Part shown: piece by piece, positions 29,869 to 39,196 of the stretch
Layout: the number at the start of each line of letters is the position of its first letter
Numbering within the stretch: the first letter of the stretch is position 1
Assembly: GCA_027622665.1 (NCBI GenBank)
Contig: JAQBYT010000016.1
Coordinates: forward strand, 1-64,000
Reading direction: 5' to 3'
Length of the DNA: 64,000 nt
DNA from: Verrucomicrobiota bacterium
GTDB taxonomy: Bacteria > Verrucomicrobiota > Verrucomicrobiia > Opitutales > Seribacteraceae
Made by a program: the position numbers and the translations under genes
Notes under the pieces: generated by a model
Seen by the model: only the letters and a program-made list of their open reading frames with translations
What the model was told of the DNA's origin: nothing
The model's database searches: none

Positions 29869-31290
29869 ATGATACGAATCTTGCGTCTAGCTCTCAATCT
29901 TCCGGCATTGCTCGGTCTCATGGTTCTGCCTTGCTTCTTGGGCAGTTGTTCACGCATCGACCACAAGCAATCCACCTTGGATCCAAAGGGCATCGTGGCT
30001 CAAAACATGTATGACCTGTTCATGCTATCCATCTGGATCACCATCTTCCTCTTTTGCGCCGTTGGCGGGTGCCTACTCTTCGTGCTATGGAAATATCGTG
30101 CAAAGGACGAGGAAGACGCCAAGGAAATCCCACCGCAGACCCATGGAAACCCGAAGATTGAGACTACTTTAATTCTAGTATCTTCGGTAATCTTGTTGAT
30201 CCTTGCCATCCCAACGCTTCAAGGCGTAGTTCTTTTTAACCGTGTGCCCGACCCGAACGACGCGGAAATGCTAAAGAAACTCAAACTGGAACGCTCCACG
30301 GTCGAGGACGCAATCACCGTCAACGTTACGGGAAAGAGATTCTTCTGGGTTTTCGAATATCCCGAATACGGTATAGTAACCGCCAACGAACTGGTCTTTC
30401 CAGCTAGCAAGGCCGTACGTCTCAACCTTCGCACAGAGGACGTAATCCACAGTTTTTGGCTTCCGAAACTCGCGGGCAAAATGGACCTTATACCGGGACA
30501 AGAAAATTTCATCTGGTTCGTAGCCGATCAGGAAAAACTTTTATTTCAAACGGACAAAGAGGGACTCAAGACTCCGGCAACCATCGCAGAAGCAATGCCC
30601 GCCGTGCATGACGGTTCACTGAGAGAAGCTTTGTTCAAGGATCGTTCGTTCACCGACGAGTTCGACCCCGTGGGCGGTTTGTTTTACGGGCAATGCGCCG
30701 AGTTCTGCGGCAATTCACACGCCTACATGCAATTTCGGGCCATGGCACAGACTGATGCAGACTTCGACGAATGGGTGGCACGGTTTCAGGATGCCCAAAA
30801 CCCGACAAAACAACCTCAGCCCTATAATCCCGAAAAGGAATACGCGACCGGAGACGTCGTTCTGATCGCTGACCCCGAACTGGGTGAAGGAGCGCTCCGT
30901 GAATGGGTGGCAACGGGAGACGTAGAGAAAGGTCAAGCACCGGATATAGCTAAAGATTCATGGGGCAAAAGACATGACGACGACTACGAACACGGTAAGC
31001 AACTATTCACGGTCAGTCAGTGTAGCCAGTGTCACGCCGTCAACCGCACGGGACTTGGCGAAAAAGGCCCGAACCTCACCCTCTTCGGGTTACGCACCTC
31101 ACTTGCCGCAGGCTGGATGCGCAACGATGAAGAAAGCCTCGCCAAGTGGCTAAAGAATTCCAACGAAATTAAATTCGGAAACTTGATGTGGAACGGAGAG
31201 GGCGTAAATGACGCTCACCCTGTCCGTAATCTACATAAGGACGAGAAGAAGGTGGATCAGCTAATTGCCTTCCTGCTCGGCCAAAGCTAA
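29869..31290 (+). CDS. ctaC: Cytochrome c oxidase subunit II, caa3-type (CuA + fused cytochrome c), with insertions
   Basis: Lipobox LGSC, two TMs, W.FEYP, DVIHSFW.P.L.GK.D..PG, CAEFCGNSHAYM, CSQCH heme motif, GPNLT. Confidence 0.93.
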   Translation: MIRILRLALNLPALLGLMVLPCFLGSCSRIDHKQSTLDPKGIVAQNMYDLFMLSIWITIFLFCAVGGCLLFVLWKYRAKDEEDAKEIPPQTHGNPKIETTLILVSSVILLILAIPTLQGVVLFNRVPDPNDAEMLKKLKLERSTVEDAITVNVTGKRFFWVFEYPEYGIVTANELVFPASKAVRLNLRTEDVIHSFWLPKLAGKMDLIPGQENFIWFVADQEKLLFQTDKEGLKTPATIAEAMPAVHDGSLREALFKDRSFTDEFDPVGGLFYGQCAEFCGNSHAYMQFRAMAQTDADFDEWVARFQDAQNPTKQPQPYNPEKEYATGDVVLIADPELGEGALREWVATGDVEKGQAPDIAKDSWGKRHDDDYEHGKQLFTVSQCSQCHAVNRTGLGEKGPNLTLFGLRTSLAAGWMRNDEESLAKWLKNSNEIKFGNLMWNGEGVNDAHPVRNLHKDEKKVDQLIAFLLGQS

Positions 31291-31326
31291 AACGATAAAA
31301 GAAAACCTCCAGCACCTGCGATCACC

Positions 31327-33270
31327 ATGGCTACCGAATCCGTAAAGTACGTTGCCCCGGAAACGAAAACGAAGACTCTTCTGGATGTCTTCCGTCGCCC
31401 TGACCAACACGTCACGGGCATCCGCGACTGGCTCACCACCATCGACCACAAGAAGATCGGTCTCCTGTACGGTTCGGTCGCCCTCTGCTCCCTGATCTTC
31501 GGAGGCATGCAAGCCTTGCTTATCCGCTCGCAGTTGTGGGCACCGAACCAAGAGTTGCTCACTCCTCGGGAATACAACCAACTGTTCACGATGCACGGAA
31601 CCATAATGGTGTTCCTCGTGATCATGCCCCTGAGTGCCGCCTTCTTTAATTTCGTAATGCCTTTACAGATTGGCGCCCGGGACGTTGCCTTTCCCAGACT
31701 AAATGCACTCAGCTTATGGTGCTTTGTCGCAGGTGCGATCATCCTGAACTTGAGCTGGTTCTTCACTGGCGGGGCCCCTGCTATTGGTTGGTTTGCCTAT
31801 TCTCCGCTCACGGACGTACGCTTCGAGGAAGTTGCTCGGGACATGGGGCCGGACTTCTGGGTATTCGGCATTCAAATCCTTGGTTTGGCTTCGCTCTTGG
31901 CCTCCTTTAATTTCATCGCCACCTTAGTTAACATGAGGGCTCCGGGCATGACTATGATGAGGATGCCTGTGTTTTGCTGGATGACTCTTGTTGTGAGTTT
32001 TCTCATTATTCTCGCCTTTCCCGCCATCACTATCGCTCTGGTAGAGTTGATGTTCGACCGAAACTACGATACTAATTTCTACGATTTTCTGGAAGGAGGG
32101 AAACCCCACCTCTGGCAGCACCTTTTCTGGATTTTCGGGCATCCTGAAGTGTACATCTTGATATTGCCCGCTATGGGCATCGTTTCAGAAGTAGTCCCCA
32201 CCTTTTCTCGCAAGCCACTTTTCGGCTACGGGCTGGTGGTGTTCTCGGGGGCAATCATCGGCTTCATGGGTTTCGCCGTATGGAGTCACCACATGTTCAC
32301 TACCGGTATGGGAATCGTGGCCACCTCCGCTTTCTCCATGCTGACGATGTTGATAGCCATTCCCACGGGAGTTAAGATTTTCAACTGGATTGGCACCATG
32401 TGGGGAGGCAAGATACGCTTCGACACGCCTATGTTGTTCGCCCTCGGCTTCATCACGATGTTCATGGTCGGGGGTTTCACTGGCATCATGCACTCCTCCG
32501 TGCCTGTAGACATGCAGCAACAAGACACCTACTTCGTGGTTGCACACTTCCACTATGTTTTAATCGGCGGTGCTCTCTTCGGTCTATTTTGCGGTTTCTA
32601 CTTCTGGTTGCCCAAGATAACGGGACGCATGTTAAACGAAAAAATGGGGAAGGTTGTCTTCACCCTAATGTTCATCGGTTTCAACACAACTTTCTTCCCC
32701 ATGCATTACCTTGGGATGATAGGACAACCTCGTCGTACCCATTCATACAATGCGGGACATGGCTTCGAGATGTGGAACCAGATTGCGACTGTCGGGGCAT
32801 TCATTCTTGGAATAGGAATTTTACTGGGAGTCATTCAATTCATGAGATCGTTTAGAGACAAGAGCCTCAAGCCGGCGGGCAAAAACCCTTGGGATGCCCG
32901 AAGCCTGGAGTGGACTCTTTCTTCCCCGGTGAAGGAATACAACTTCGCTCGTACTCCAATTATCAAAGCCCGTGACCAAGCTTGGGAAAACAACTATGGT
33001 CCGCGCGACCTGCACTCGGAGAAGGAACCCCTCGACCACCATGGGGTTCACATGCCGGACCACTCATGGTATCCCCTGTTCACCGCCATAGGTTTTCTAG
33101 TACTCGTCATCGGCATGCTCTTTCATTCAAGCCTAGGGACGGACGGCGAAATAATACGCAACTACACCGTTGCGATAATTGGTGGTATCATCGCCATAAC
33201 GAGCATGATCATGTGGTCACTCGAGGGACCCGGTGGCTACCATCTTTTTCCCGAGGAAGATGAGGAATAA
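31327..33270 (+). CDS. ctaD: Cytochrome c oxidase subunit I (type A1)
   Basis: DHKKIG, TMHGT.M, AFPRLN, WIFGHPEVY, VWSHHM, AHFHY. Confidence 0.97.
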   Translation: MATESVKYVAPETKTKTLLDVFRRPDQHVTGIRDWLTTIDHKKIGLLYGSVALCSLIFGGMQALLIRSQLWAPNQELLTPREYNQLFTMHGTIMVFLVIMPLSAAFFNFVMPLQIGARDVAFPRLNALSLWCFVAGAIILNLSWFFTGGAPAIGWFAYSPLTDVRFEEVARDMGPDFWVFGIQILGLASLLASFNFIATLVNMRAPGMTMMRMPVFCWMTLVVSFLIILAFPAITIALVELMFDRNYDTNFYDFLEGGKPHLWQHLFWIFGHPEVYILILPAMGIVSEVVPTFSRKPLFGYGLVVFSGAIIGFMGFAVWSHHMFTTGMGIVATSAFSMLTMLIAIPTGVKIFNWIGTMWGGKIRFDTPMLFALGFITMFMVGGFTGIMHSSVPVDMQQQDTYFVVAHFHYVLIGGALFGLFCGFYFWLPKITGRMLNEKMGKVVFTLMFIGFNTTFFPMHYLGMIGQPRRTHSYNAGHGFEMWNQIATVGAFILGIGILLGVIQFMRSFRDKSLKPAGKNPWDARSLEWTLSSPVKEYNFARTPIIKARDQAWENNYGPRDLHSEKEPLDHHGVHMPDHSWYPLFTAIGFLVLVIGMLFHSSLGTDGEIIRNYTVAIIGGIIAITSMIMWSLEGPGGYHLFPEEDEE

Positions 33271-33333
33271 ACACCAGTAATCAATCATCTCTCAACTAAC
33301 CTATATTTAGATTTCCTTACCCGACCTAAGACC

Positions 33334-33984
33334 ATGAGCGAAGCATCCGCAGCGCACGCCGGCGAACATCACGAACCCTACACCAGCACGGGCATACCGA
33401 CCAAGAAAGTGCTCATGTGGGCCTTTCTCGGATCGGACTGCATGTTTTTCGGCACCCTTATTTCCACGCACTTGATCTATCGCAAGATCTCTGCCACCGT
33501 CGGAACCAACTACCTCGACATTCGCGATATCTTCGACATTGAGCTAACTTCCTTCAGTACGTTTATCCTGCTGGCTAGCTCTTTGTTCATGGCACTAGCC
33601 GTTTCCGCCATCCACAAAGGCAACCTCAAGAGCACCCGTTGGATGCTGTTGGGAACAATTATATTCGGCGGAATTTTCCTCGCATGCCAAGTATATGAAT
33701 TTACTCACTTCGCCTATGCTCCCGGAAACGAATTGACCCTCTCCAGCTACCGAGGCGCCCCTCATGTCTTCGGATCCACCTTCTTTGTTTTGACCGGAAC
33801 CCACGGCACCCACGTCGCCATAGGTGTTTTCTGGTTGCTGGGATGGCTTGCGTACTCTTTCACCGGAAAGATGAGTACCGCCGACGCAATGGACATCGAA
33901 TGCTGCGGTCTCTACTGGCACTTCGTCGATATCGTATGGATCATCATTTTCCCAGTAGTCTATCTTATGGAATACGCCTTATAG
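33334..33984 (+). CDS. ctaE: Cytochrome c oxidase subunit III
   Basis: MWAFLGSDCMFF, TFILLASS, FFVLTGTHGTHV, GLYWHFVDIVW. Confidence 0.93.
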   Translation: MSEASAAHAGEHHEPYTSTGIPTKKVLMWAFLGSDCMFFGTLISTHLIYRKISATVGTNYLDIRDIFDIELTSFSTFILLASSLFMALAVSAIHKGNLKSTRWMLLGTIIFGGIFLACQVYEFTHFAYAPGNELTLSSYRGAPHVFGSTFFVLTGTHGTHVAIGVFWLLGWLAYSFTGKMSTADAMDIECCGLYWHFVDIVWIIIFPVVYLMEYAL

Positions 33985-34027
33985 CGGACTGCCCAAAAAT
34001 TAATTTCCTTAAGCGGAGTAAAACATC

Positions 34028-34720
34028 ATGAGCGGACACGGAGAAGACCCAGTCGAAGAGGAAAGCAAACGCTTCTTCACCTTTTTCAATCTTTCCATGG
34101 CTCTTGTAGCCATAACGGGCATCGAGATTGTCATAATCTACGTTCAAGCCTTCGAGAGCACCACGATAATCGGCGTCCTCTTCACCACCTCCATCGTTAA
34201 GTTCTTTGGCGTTGTCTATTGGTTCATGCACTTAAAATGGGACAAGGTGCTGAACACCGTGCTCTTTCTTATGGGTTTGGTAATCGCACTCGGCACCTAT
34301 TTTGCGGTCGTTAACATGGCTGACGACACGCCAATTATCGATAGCTTCAAAGTCACAGCAGTAGAAAATATTTGGAAAGCCAAAACCCACTACGAGGCCG
34401 GAGCCTATTTGAAACACGAGGACGCTTACTACAAGGCAGGTGCCGCCCACACCTCGGAAGAGGTTTTTGACGCGGATAAGTGGGGAAGGGTCGAGGGCGT
34501 TCCTCATCACATAAGCTGGAAGATAGAAAAAGCAGACACGATCGAAATCAACTCCAAGACTCCCGATAATCCATTTTACCACCGACACCAACCGGAGGAA
34601 TCCGACAATGTGGAAGGTTCGATCATCGGTATACTCGCTAAAGTTTCGACTAAGGCAGATTTCCGCATCAAGGCTCGATCCGAAGCGAATTGGAGTGAGC
34701 AAGTCAAAGAGGAAGAGTGA
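34028..34720 (+). CDS. ctaF: Cytochrome c oxidase subunit IV with ~130-aa soluble C-terminal extension
   Basis: Three TMs with T..E and K...V..WFMHLKWD motif; position after ctaE. Confidence 0.85.
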   Translation: MSGHGEDPVEEESKRFFTFFNLSMALVAITGIEIVIIYVQAFESTTIIGVLFTTSIVKFFGVVYWFMHLKWDKVLNTVLFLMGLVIALGTYFAVVNMADDTPIIDSFKVTAVENIWKAKTHYEAGAYLKHEDAYYKAGAAHTSEEVFDADKWGRVEGVPHHISWKIEKADTIEINSKTPDNPFYHRHQPEESDNVEGSIIGILAKVSTKADFRIKARSEANWSEQVKEEE

Positions 34721-34816
34721 ACGACAGGCTGAACCCTGCCAAAACCTCCACTCCGGCAAGTCAGCTCATAGACGCTCATTAGCCTTACGGGTTCTCCCAA
34801 GGGAGAGGTTCCCCAC

Positions 34817-35605
34817 ATGCTAAATTCCTCTCCTGTAACTCTTCTGCATTGGCACACCGAACCCGCCTTGGTGGGTGGTCTGCTGTTCACCGCATGGTGC
34901 TATGCTTTAATCGTAGGACCTTTCAGGGAACAAATTGCCCCCGGTATGCCTTTCCCCAAGAAGCAGGCATGGTGGTTTGCCTCCGGAATCATCAGTTTCT
35001 ATTTGGCGGTGGGTTCTCCGCTGGATCCCTTGGGCGAAAACTATCTCTTTTTCGCCCACATGATCCAGCACAACATCCTGATGTACGTAAGTCCCCTCTT
35101 CTTGCTCTTTGGCATACCTGGGCAATTATGGGACGAGCTGTTTATAAGGCGACCCGATATCAAAGCCCTTTGCCGCCTATTGTTTAATCCCATCGTAGCG
35201 GGTTTAGGCTTTACGCTCGTCTTTTCCTTTTGGCATTTCGGGACTTTCTATGAAGCCGCCATCCGGAACAAAACACTCCATATGGCGGAACACTTGTCGA
35301 TGTTCCTTACCTCATTCGCCATGTGGTGGCCTATCGCCAGTTCATCCAAGCAACTTCCACCGATCCGGTATGGTCCACAGATGCTTTTCATTCTGGCGCT
35401 GATGCTCGGACAAACCCCCATATTCGCGACACTCACCTTCTCCCAGGAAGTTCTTTACGATACCTATTTTTATGCCGAGCGCATCATCGACATAACTCCG
35501 CTCGAAGATCAGAGATCGGGTGGCGTTGTGATGAAGATTGCAAACTTGATCGTCTCCGTGAGCGTTTTGGGATCTATTTTTTACCGATGGTCAAAAGAGC
35601 GCTAA
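34817..35605 (+). CDS. ctaG: caa3-type cytochrome c oxidase assembly factor CtaG
   Basis: GSPLD.LGE.YLF.AHM.QH, FWH...YE, H..EH, MWWP, LEDQ..GG..MK. Confidence 0.88.
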   Translation: MLNSSPVTLLHWHTEPALVGGLLFTAWCYALIVGPFREQIAPGMPFPKKQAWWFASGIISFYLAVGSPLDPLGENYLFFAHMIQHNILMYVSPLFLLFGIPGQLWDELFIRRPDIKALCRLLFNPIVAGLGFTLVFSFWHFGTFYEAAIRNKTLHMAEHLSMFLTSFAMWWPIASSSKQLPPIRYGPQMLFILALMLGQTPIFATLTFSQEVLYDTYFYAERIIDITPLEDQRSGGVVMKIANLIVSVSVLGSIFYRWSKER

Positions 35606-35740
35606 AGGCTTGATGCTAGATTGCTGCGAAGAAGCCAACCGACGCACTTGGAGACCAAACACTTCAACACTCCAAGAAAGAATTCTCAAATCGGTTTGCC
35701 AGTTTGAAACCGAAAGGCTATCGAAAAGCACAACAACCGA

Positions 35741-36910
35741 ATGAAAGAAGCACAAGAAGCAGTCTTTGCCTTGGAAGATGGCAGCGTATTCCGAGGAAAA
35801 GCCTTTGGCGGCAAAACCACCGTAGTGGGCGAAGCCGTATTTAACACCAGTATGACGGGGTATCAAGAAATCCTCACAGACCCATCGTACTATGGACAAG
35901 TCGTCACGATGACGGCACCCCAGATCGGCAACTATGGCATCATCCCCGGAGACGAGGAATCAGACGGCCCAAAAGCAGCAGGCTTCGTCGTTCGTGAGTT
36001 GAGCACCATAGTGAGCAACTGGCGGGCAACCTCCAACCTGCATGATTTTCTCGCCGAGCACGGCATCCCGGGAATCGAAGGCGTGGACACTCGCGCCATT
36101 GCAAAACGCATACGAGTCAAGGGGGCACTAAAAAGTTGCCTAAGTACGGAAGGCCTTTCGGATGAGGAGGCACTCGCCAAGGCAAACGAATGGTCGGGCC
36201 TAGTGGGGATCGACTACGTCAAGGAAGTTACCTGTGCCGAAACCTACGAATGGGACCCTGAGTCCACTAAGAGCAATAGCTTTACCCTTGCGGGGACGAA
36301 CCTAAGCAAGGACATCGCGAACAATACGAAATACCGTGTGGTCGCCTTCGACTTCGGGGCAAAATGGTCTATCTTTCGCAACCTTCGAAGACATGGCTTC
36401 GAAGTTCACGTATTGCCGGCAGATTCAACGGCAAAGGAAGCCCGGGCACTTAACCCGGATGCCATTTTCCTTTCCAATGGACCGGGCGACCCTTCCGCCC
36501 TCACCTATGCCCACGATTCCGTTCGTGATCTCTTGCCCGACTTCCCCGTATTCGGGATTTGTCTAGGTCACCAAATTATTTCTCACGCTCTAGGGGCTAA
36601 TACCTACAAGTTGAAATTCGGGCACAGAGGAGGGAATCAACCCGTTCAAAATGTGGAGCAGGGTCGTGTAGCGATCACAGCTCAGAATCACGGTTTTGCA
36701 TCCAGTGCCGAGGAACTCGAAAGCTGTGGGGCAGTGGTCACGGAATACAACCTAAATGACGAAACCGTGTCCGGCCTCCGCCATAAGGATCTTCCGGTTT
36801 TTTCCGTCCAATACCATCCTGAGGGAGCTCCCGGGCCAAATGATGCGAACGCCCTTTTCCAAGCCTTTCACGACCTCATAACCGAGGCAAAGAAACGCCG
36901 GCAAGGGTAA
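35741..36910 (+). CDS. carA: Carbamoyl-phosphate synthase small chain
   Basis: LEDGS.F.G, FNTSMTGYQE.LTDPSY, SNGPGDP, FGICLGHQ, QYHPE. Confidence 0.97.
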   Translation: MKEAQEAVFALEDGSVFRGKAFGGKTTVVGEAVFNTSMTGYQEILTDPSYYGQVVTMTAPQIGNYGIIPGDEESDGPKAAGFVVRELSTIVSNWRATSNLHDFLAEHGIPGIEGVDTRAIAKRIRVKGALKSCLSTEGLSDEEALAKANEWSGLVGIDYVKEVTCAETYEWDPESTKSNSFTLAGTNLSKDIANNTKYRVVAFDFGAKWSIFRNLRRHGFEVHVLPADSTAKEARALNPDAIFLSNGPGDPSALTYAHDSVRDLLPDFPVFGICLGHQIISHALGANTYKLKFGHRGGNQPVQNVEQGRVAITAQNHGFASSAEELESCGAVVTEYNLNDETVSGLRHKDLPVFSVQYHPEGAPGPNDANALFQAFHDLITEAKKRRQG

Positions 36911-36926
36911 CGATCTTTTCTCAACC

Positions 36927-37898
36927 ATGGGAGACGCCGTAAAGATCGCACCGTCGACCTCCGTCCTTGTCTCCGACGTCGCCTTCGAAAAACACATCAC
37001 CGGATTCGGCCATCCTGAACAACCAGACCGCAATAAAGCGGTCCTCAAAGCGCTCGACAACGCCGGCATCTCCGAAAAGTTCAGCAAAGTGGACCCACGA
37101 CCCTGCGAGGATGCCGACATCCTGCGTTGCCACTCGGGGAAATACCTCAACACCGTAAAAGCCGACATCACCTCGGGAAAGAATCAGCTCAGTACAGGCG
37201 ACACCAACATTTGCCCCGCCTCTCTAGACATTGGTCGCCTCGCAGCAGGCGCAGTCCTCGCAGCGGTAGACGAAGTCCTTGCAGGCAAAGCCTCCAATGC
37301 CTTCTGCGTCGTCCGACCACCTGGACACCACGCCACTCCCGATAAAGGCATGGGCTTCTGTCTCTTCAACAACATCGCCATCGCAGCTCGTTACGCCCAA
37401 AAAAAATACGGCATAGGTAAAATTCTCATCGTTGATTGGGACGTGCATCACGGCAACGGAACCCAAGACGTATTCTACGAGGACGAAACCGTTTTTTTCT
37501 TTAGCACTCACCAATCCCCGTGGTACCCCGGCACGGGCGAACGGGAAGAAACAGGCAAGGGGAAAGGACTGGGTTCCACTCTCAACCGCCCCTGCCCCGC
37601 AGGATCAGGTCGCGACAAAATAGTGGAAAATGCTTTCGGCCAGGATCTCATAACAGTAATGAACAAGTTTCGACCCGAACTCATTCTCGTTTCAGCAGGA
37701 TTTGATTCTCGAATTGGTGACCCACTCGGACAATTCCGTCTTACCGACAAGGACTTCACCTCACTTACCGGAATCGTTCTCGATTTCGCCAAGGAATACG
37801 CCAATGATAAAATCGTCTCTGTTTTGGAAGGCGGATACGACCTCGACGGATTGGGCAAAGCCTCAGTAAGCCACGCTCGGAAGCTTTTAAACATCTAA
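36927..37898 (+). CDS. Histone deacetylase family (Zn-dependent) deacetylase
   Basis: HPE.P.R, RPPGHHA, GFCLFNN, DWDVHHGNGTQ, SAGFD, LEGGY. Confidence 0.93.
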   Translation: MGDAVKIAPSTSVLVSDVAFEKHITGFGHPEQPDRNKAVLKALDNAGISEKFSKVDPRPCEDADILRCHSGKYLNTVKADITSGKNQLSTGDTNICPASLDIGRLAAGAVLAAVDEVLAGKASNAFCVVRPPGHHATPDKGMGFCLFNNIAIAARYAQKKYGIGKILIVDWDVHHGNGTQDVFYEDETVFFFSTHQSPWYPGTGEREETGKGKGLGSTLNRPCPAGSGRDKIVENAFGQDLITVMNKFRPELILVSAGFDSRIGDPLGQFRLTDKDFTSLTGIVLDFAKEYANDKIVSVLEGGYDLDGLGKASVSHARKLLNI

Positions 37899-38008
37899 TT
37901 CAACAGGCATTATAAAATTCGCTCCAAATTATAATAGCTAAGAAAACCGTCAGGGTGTAAAATACATGGAAATTAAACATAAAATCCCACGAAGTTCTTA
38001 AGGAATCC

Positions 38009-38449
38009 ATGGAAAACATTGGCGTAAAGGCGATTGCATCCGACATGAACCTTTCCTCCTCCCTTCTCTACAAGTGGTGTCAACCCAACAACGAAGAAGA
38101 TGAAAACGGAACCACCAATCCACTCGATCGTGTTGCCAAAATCTTCGAAGCCACGGGCGATGAACACCTTTTAGCTTGGATTTGCCAACAAGCAGACGGT
38201 TTTTTCTCGCCAAATCCTAAGGTAGGCGATGCCGCCGAGAACCTTTTTGCCAACACGCATCGGCTAGTGACCGAGTTTTCCGATCTTCTTCGTGAAGTCT
38301 CCCAGAGTTATGACAAAGATGGCGATATCTGCAAAGAGGATTCGCGGCGCATACGTCGTGAATGGGAAGAACTCAAAGGTGCGGGCGAATCTTTTGTCAA
38401 GGCGTGCGAGAAAGGTTTTTTTAAGATCGAAGAAAAAAGAGTGCTGTAA
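38009..38449 (+). CDS. Phage CII-like / HTH regulatory protein
   Basis: N-terminal HTH-like KAIASDMNLSSSLLYKWC, NPLDR, helical C-terminus with DGDI...D...IR.EWEELK; no phage neighbours. Confidence 0.55.
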   Translation: MENIGVKAIASDMNLSSSLLYKWCQPNNEEDENGTTNPLDRVAKIFEATGDEHLLAWICQQADGFFSPNPKVGDAAENLFANTHRLVTEFSDLLREVSQSYDKDGDICKEDSRRIRREWEELKGAGESFVKACEKGFFKIEEKRVL

Positions 38450-38622
38450 ATTTGACGAGGATTATAATTTAGGTTAACCTATCTCATAATCCACTCGATT
38501 ATAAATGGAAAACAAGAAAGGATTTGGGAAAAAGAGTACTTGCACCTTCGACATATAAACCAGAGCAATTGCCCGTAAAGGAAGGGTAGCAGCTCTAAAT
38601 CCAATAGCCTTTAAGTTTGTCC

Positions 38623-38652
38623 AAAAAGCGCCGCTTACGCGGCGCTTTTTTT
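38623..38652. terminator. Intrinsic (probably bidirectional) terminator
   Basis: AAAAAGCGCCGC-TTAC-GCGGCGCTTTTTTT perfect stem with A and T tracts. Confidence 0.85.
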
Positions 38653-38743
38653 GTCATTAGATGAAAGGGTAACCTAACCGACCTTGACTCTTAATGTGGT
38701 GCTACATATTTTGGGCAATTCCACTACCCATTCCTTATAAGCC

Positions 38744-39196
38744 ATGTTACGAGGCATCTCACCACTTCTTAGTCCCGACCTACTCGAAACCATGTATCGC
38801 ATGGGACATCACGACGAAATCATTTTCGGTGATGCACATTTCCCAGGTGAAAGCTGCAACACGAAAATCATTAGAGCCGATGGGTTGCAAATTGACGATC
38901 TTCTCGAAGCCGTACTCCCGCTCTTCGTACTCGATCACGTCGTCGACAATCCCGTCATGATGATGGAACCTCTACCTGAAGATAAAGCCGACGCTAAAAT
39001 TTCAGCCGACTATAAAAAGGTGCACGATGGTTACCACGAAATCGTACAGAAGCATTATCCCGACACCGCTCCCATCGCACAAGTAGGGAAATGGGATTTT
39101 TACGAGCAAACCAAAAAAGCTTTCGCCGTCGTCATGACCGGCGACACACGCATTTACGCGAACCTCATTTTGGCGAAGGGCGTTACTACTTGGTAA
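38744..39196 (+). CDS. fucU: RbsD/FucU family sugar mutarotase (L-fucose mutarotase-like)
   Basis: MLRGISPLLSPDLL..MGH.DEI..GDAHFP, FYE..K.AFAVV.TG....YAN.IL.KGV. Confidence 0.88.
   Translation: MLRGISPLLSPDLLETMYRMGHHDEIIFGDAHFPGESCNTKIIRADGLQIDDLLEAVLPLFVLDHVVDNPVMMMEPLPEDKADAKISADYKKVHDGYHEIVQKHYPDTAPIAQVGKWDFYEQTKKAFAVVMTGDTRIYANLILAKGVTTW

Noticed and set aside
38009..38449. Prophage around the CII-like gene
   Set aside because: Neighbours are carA, HDAC and fucU; no phage structural, integrase or replication genes
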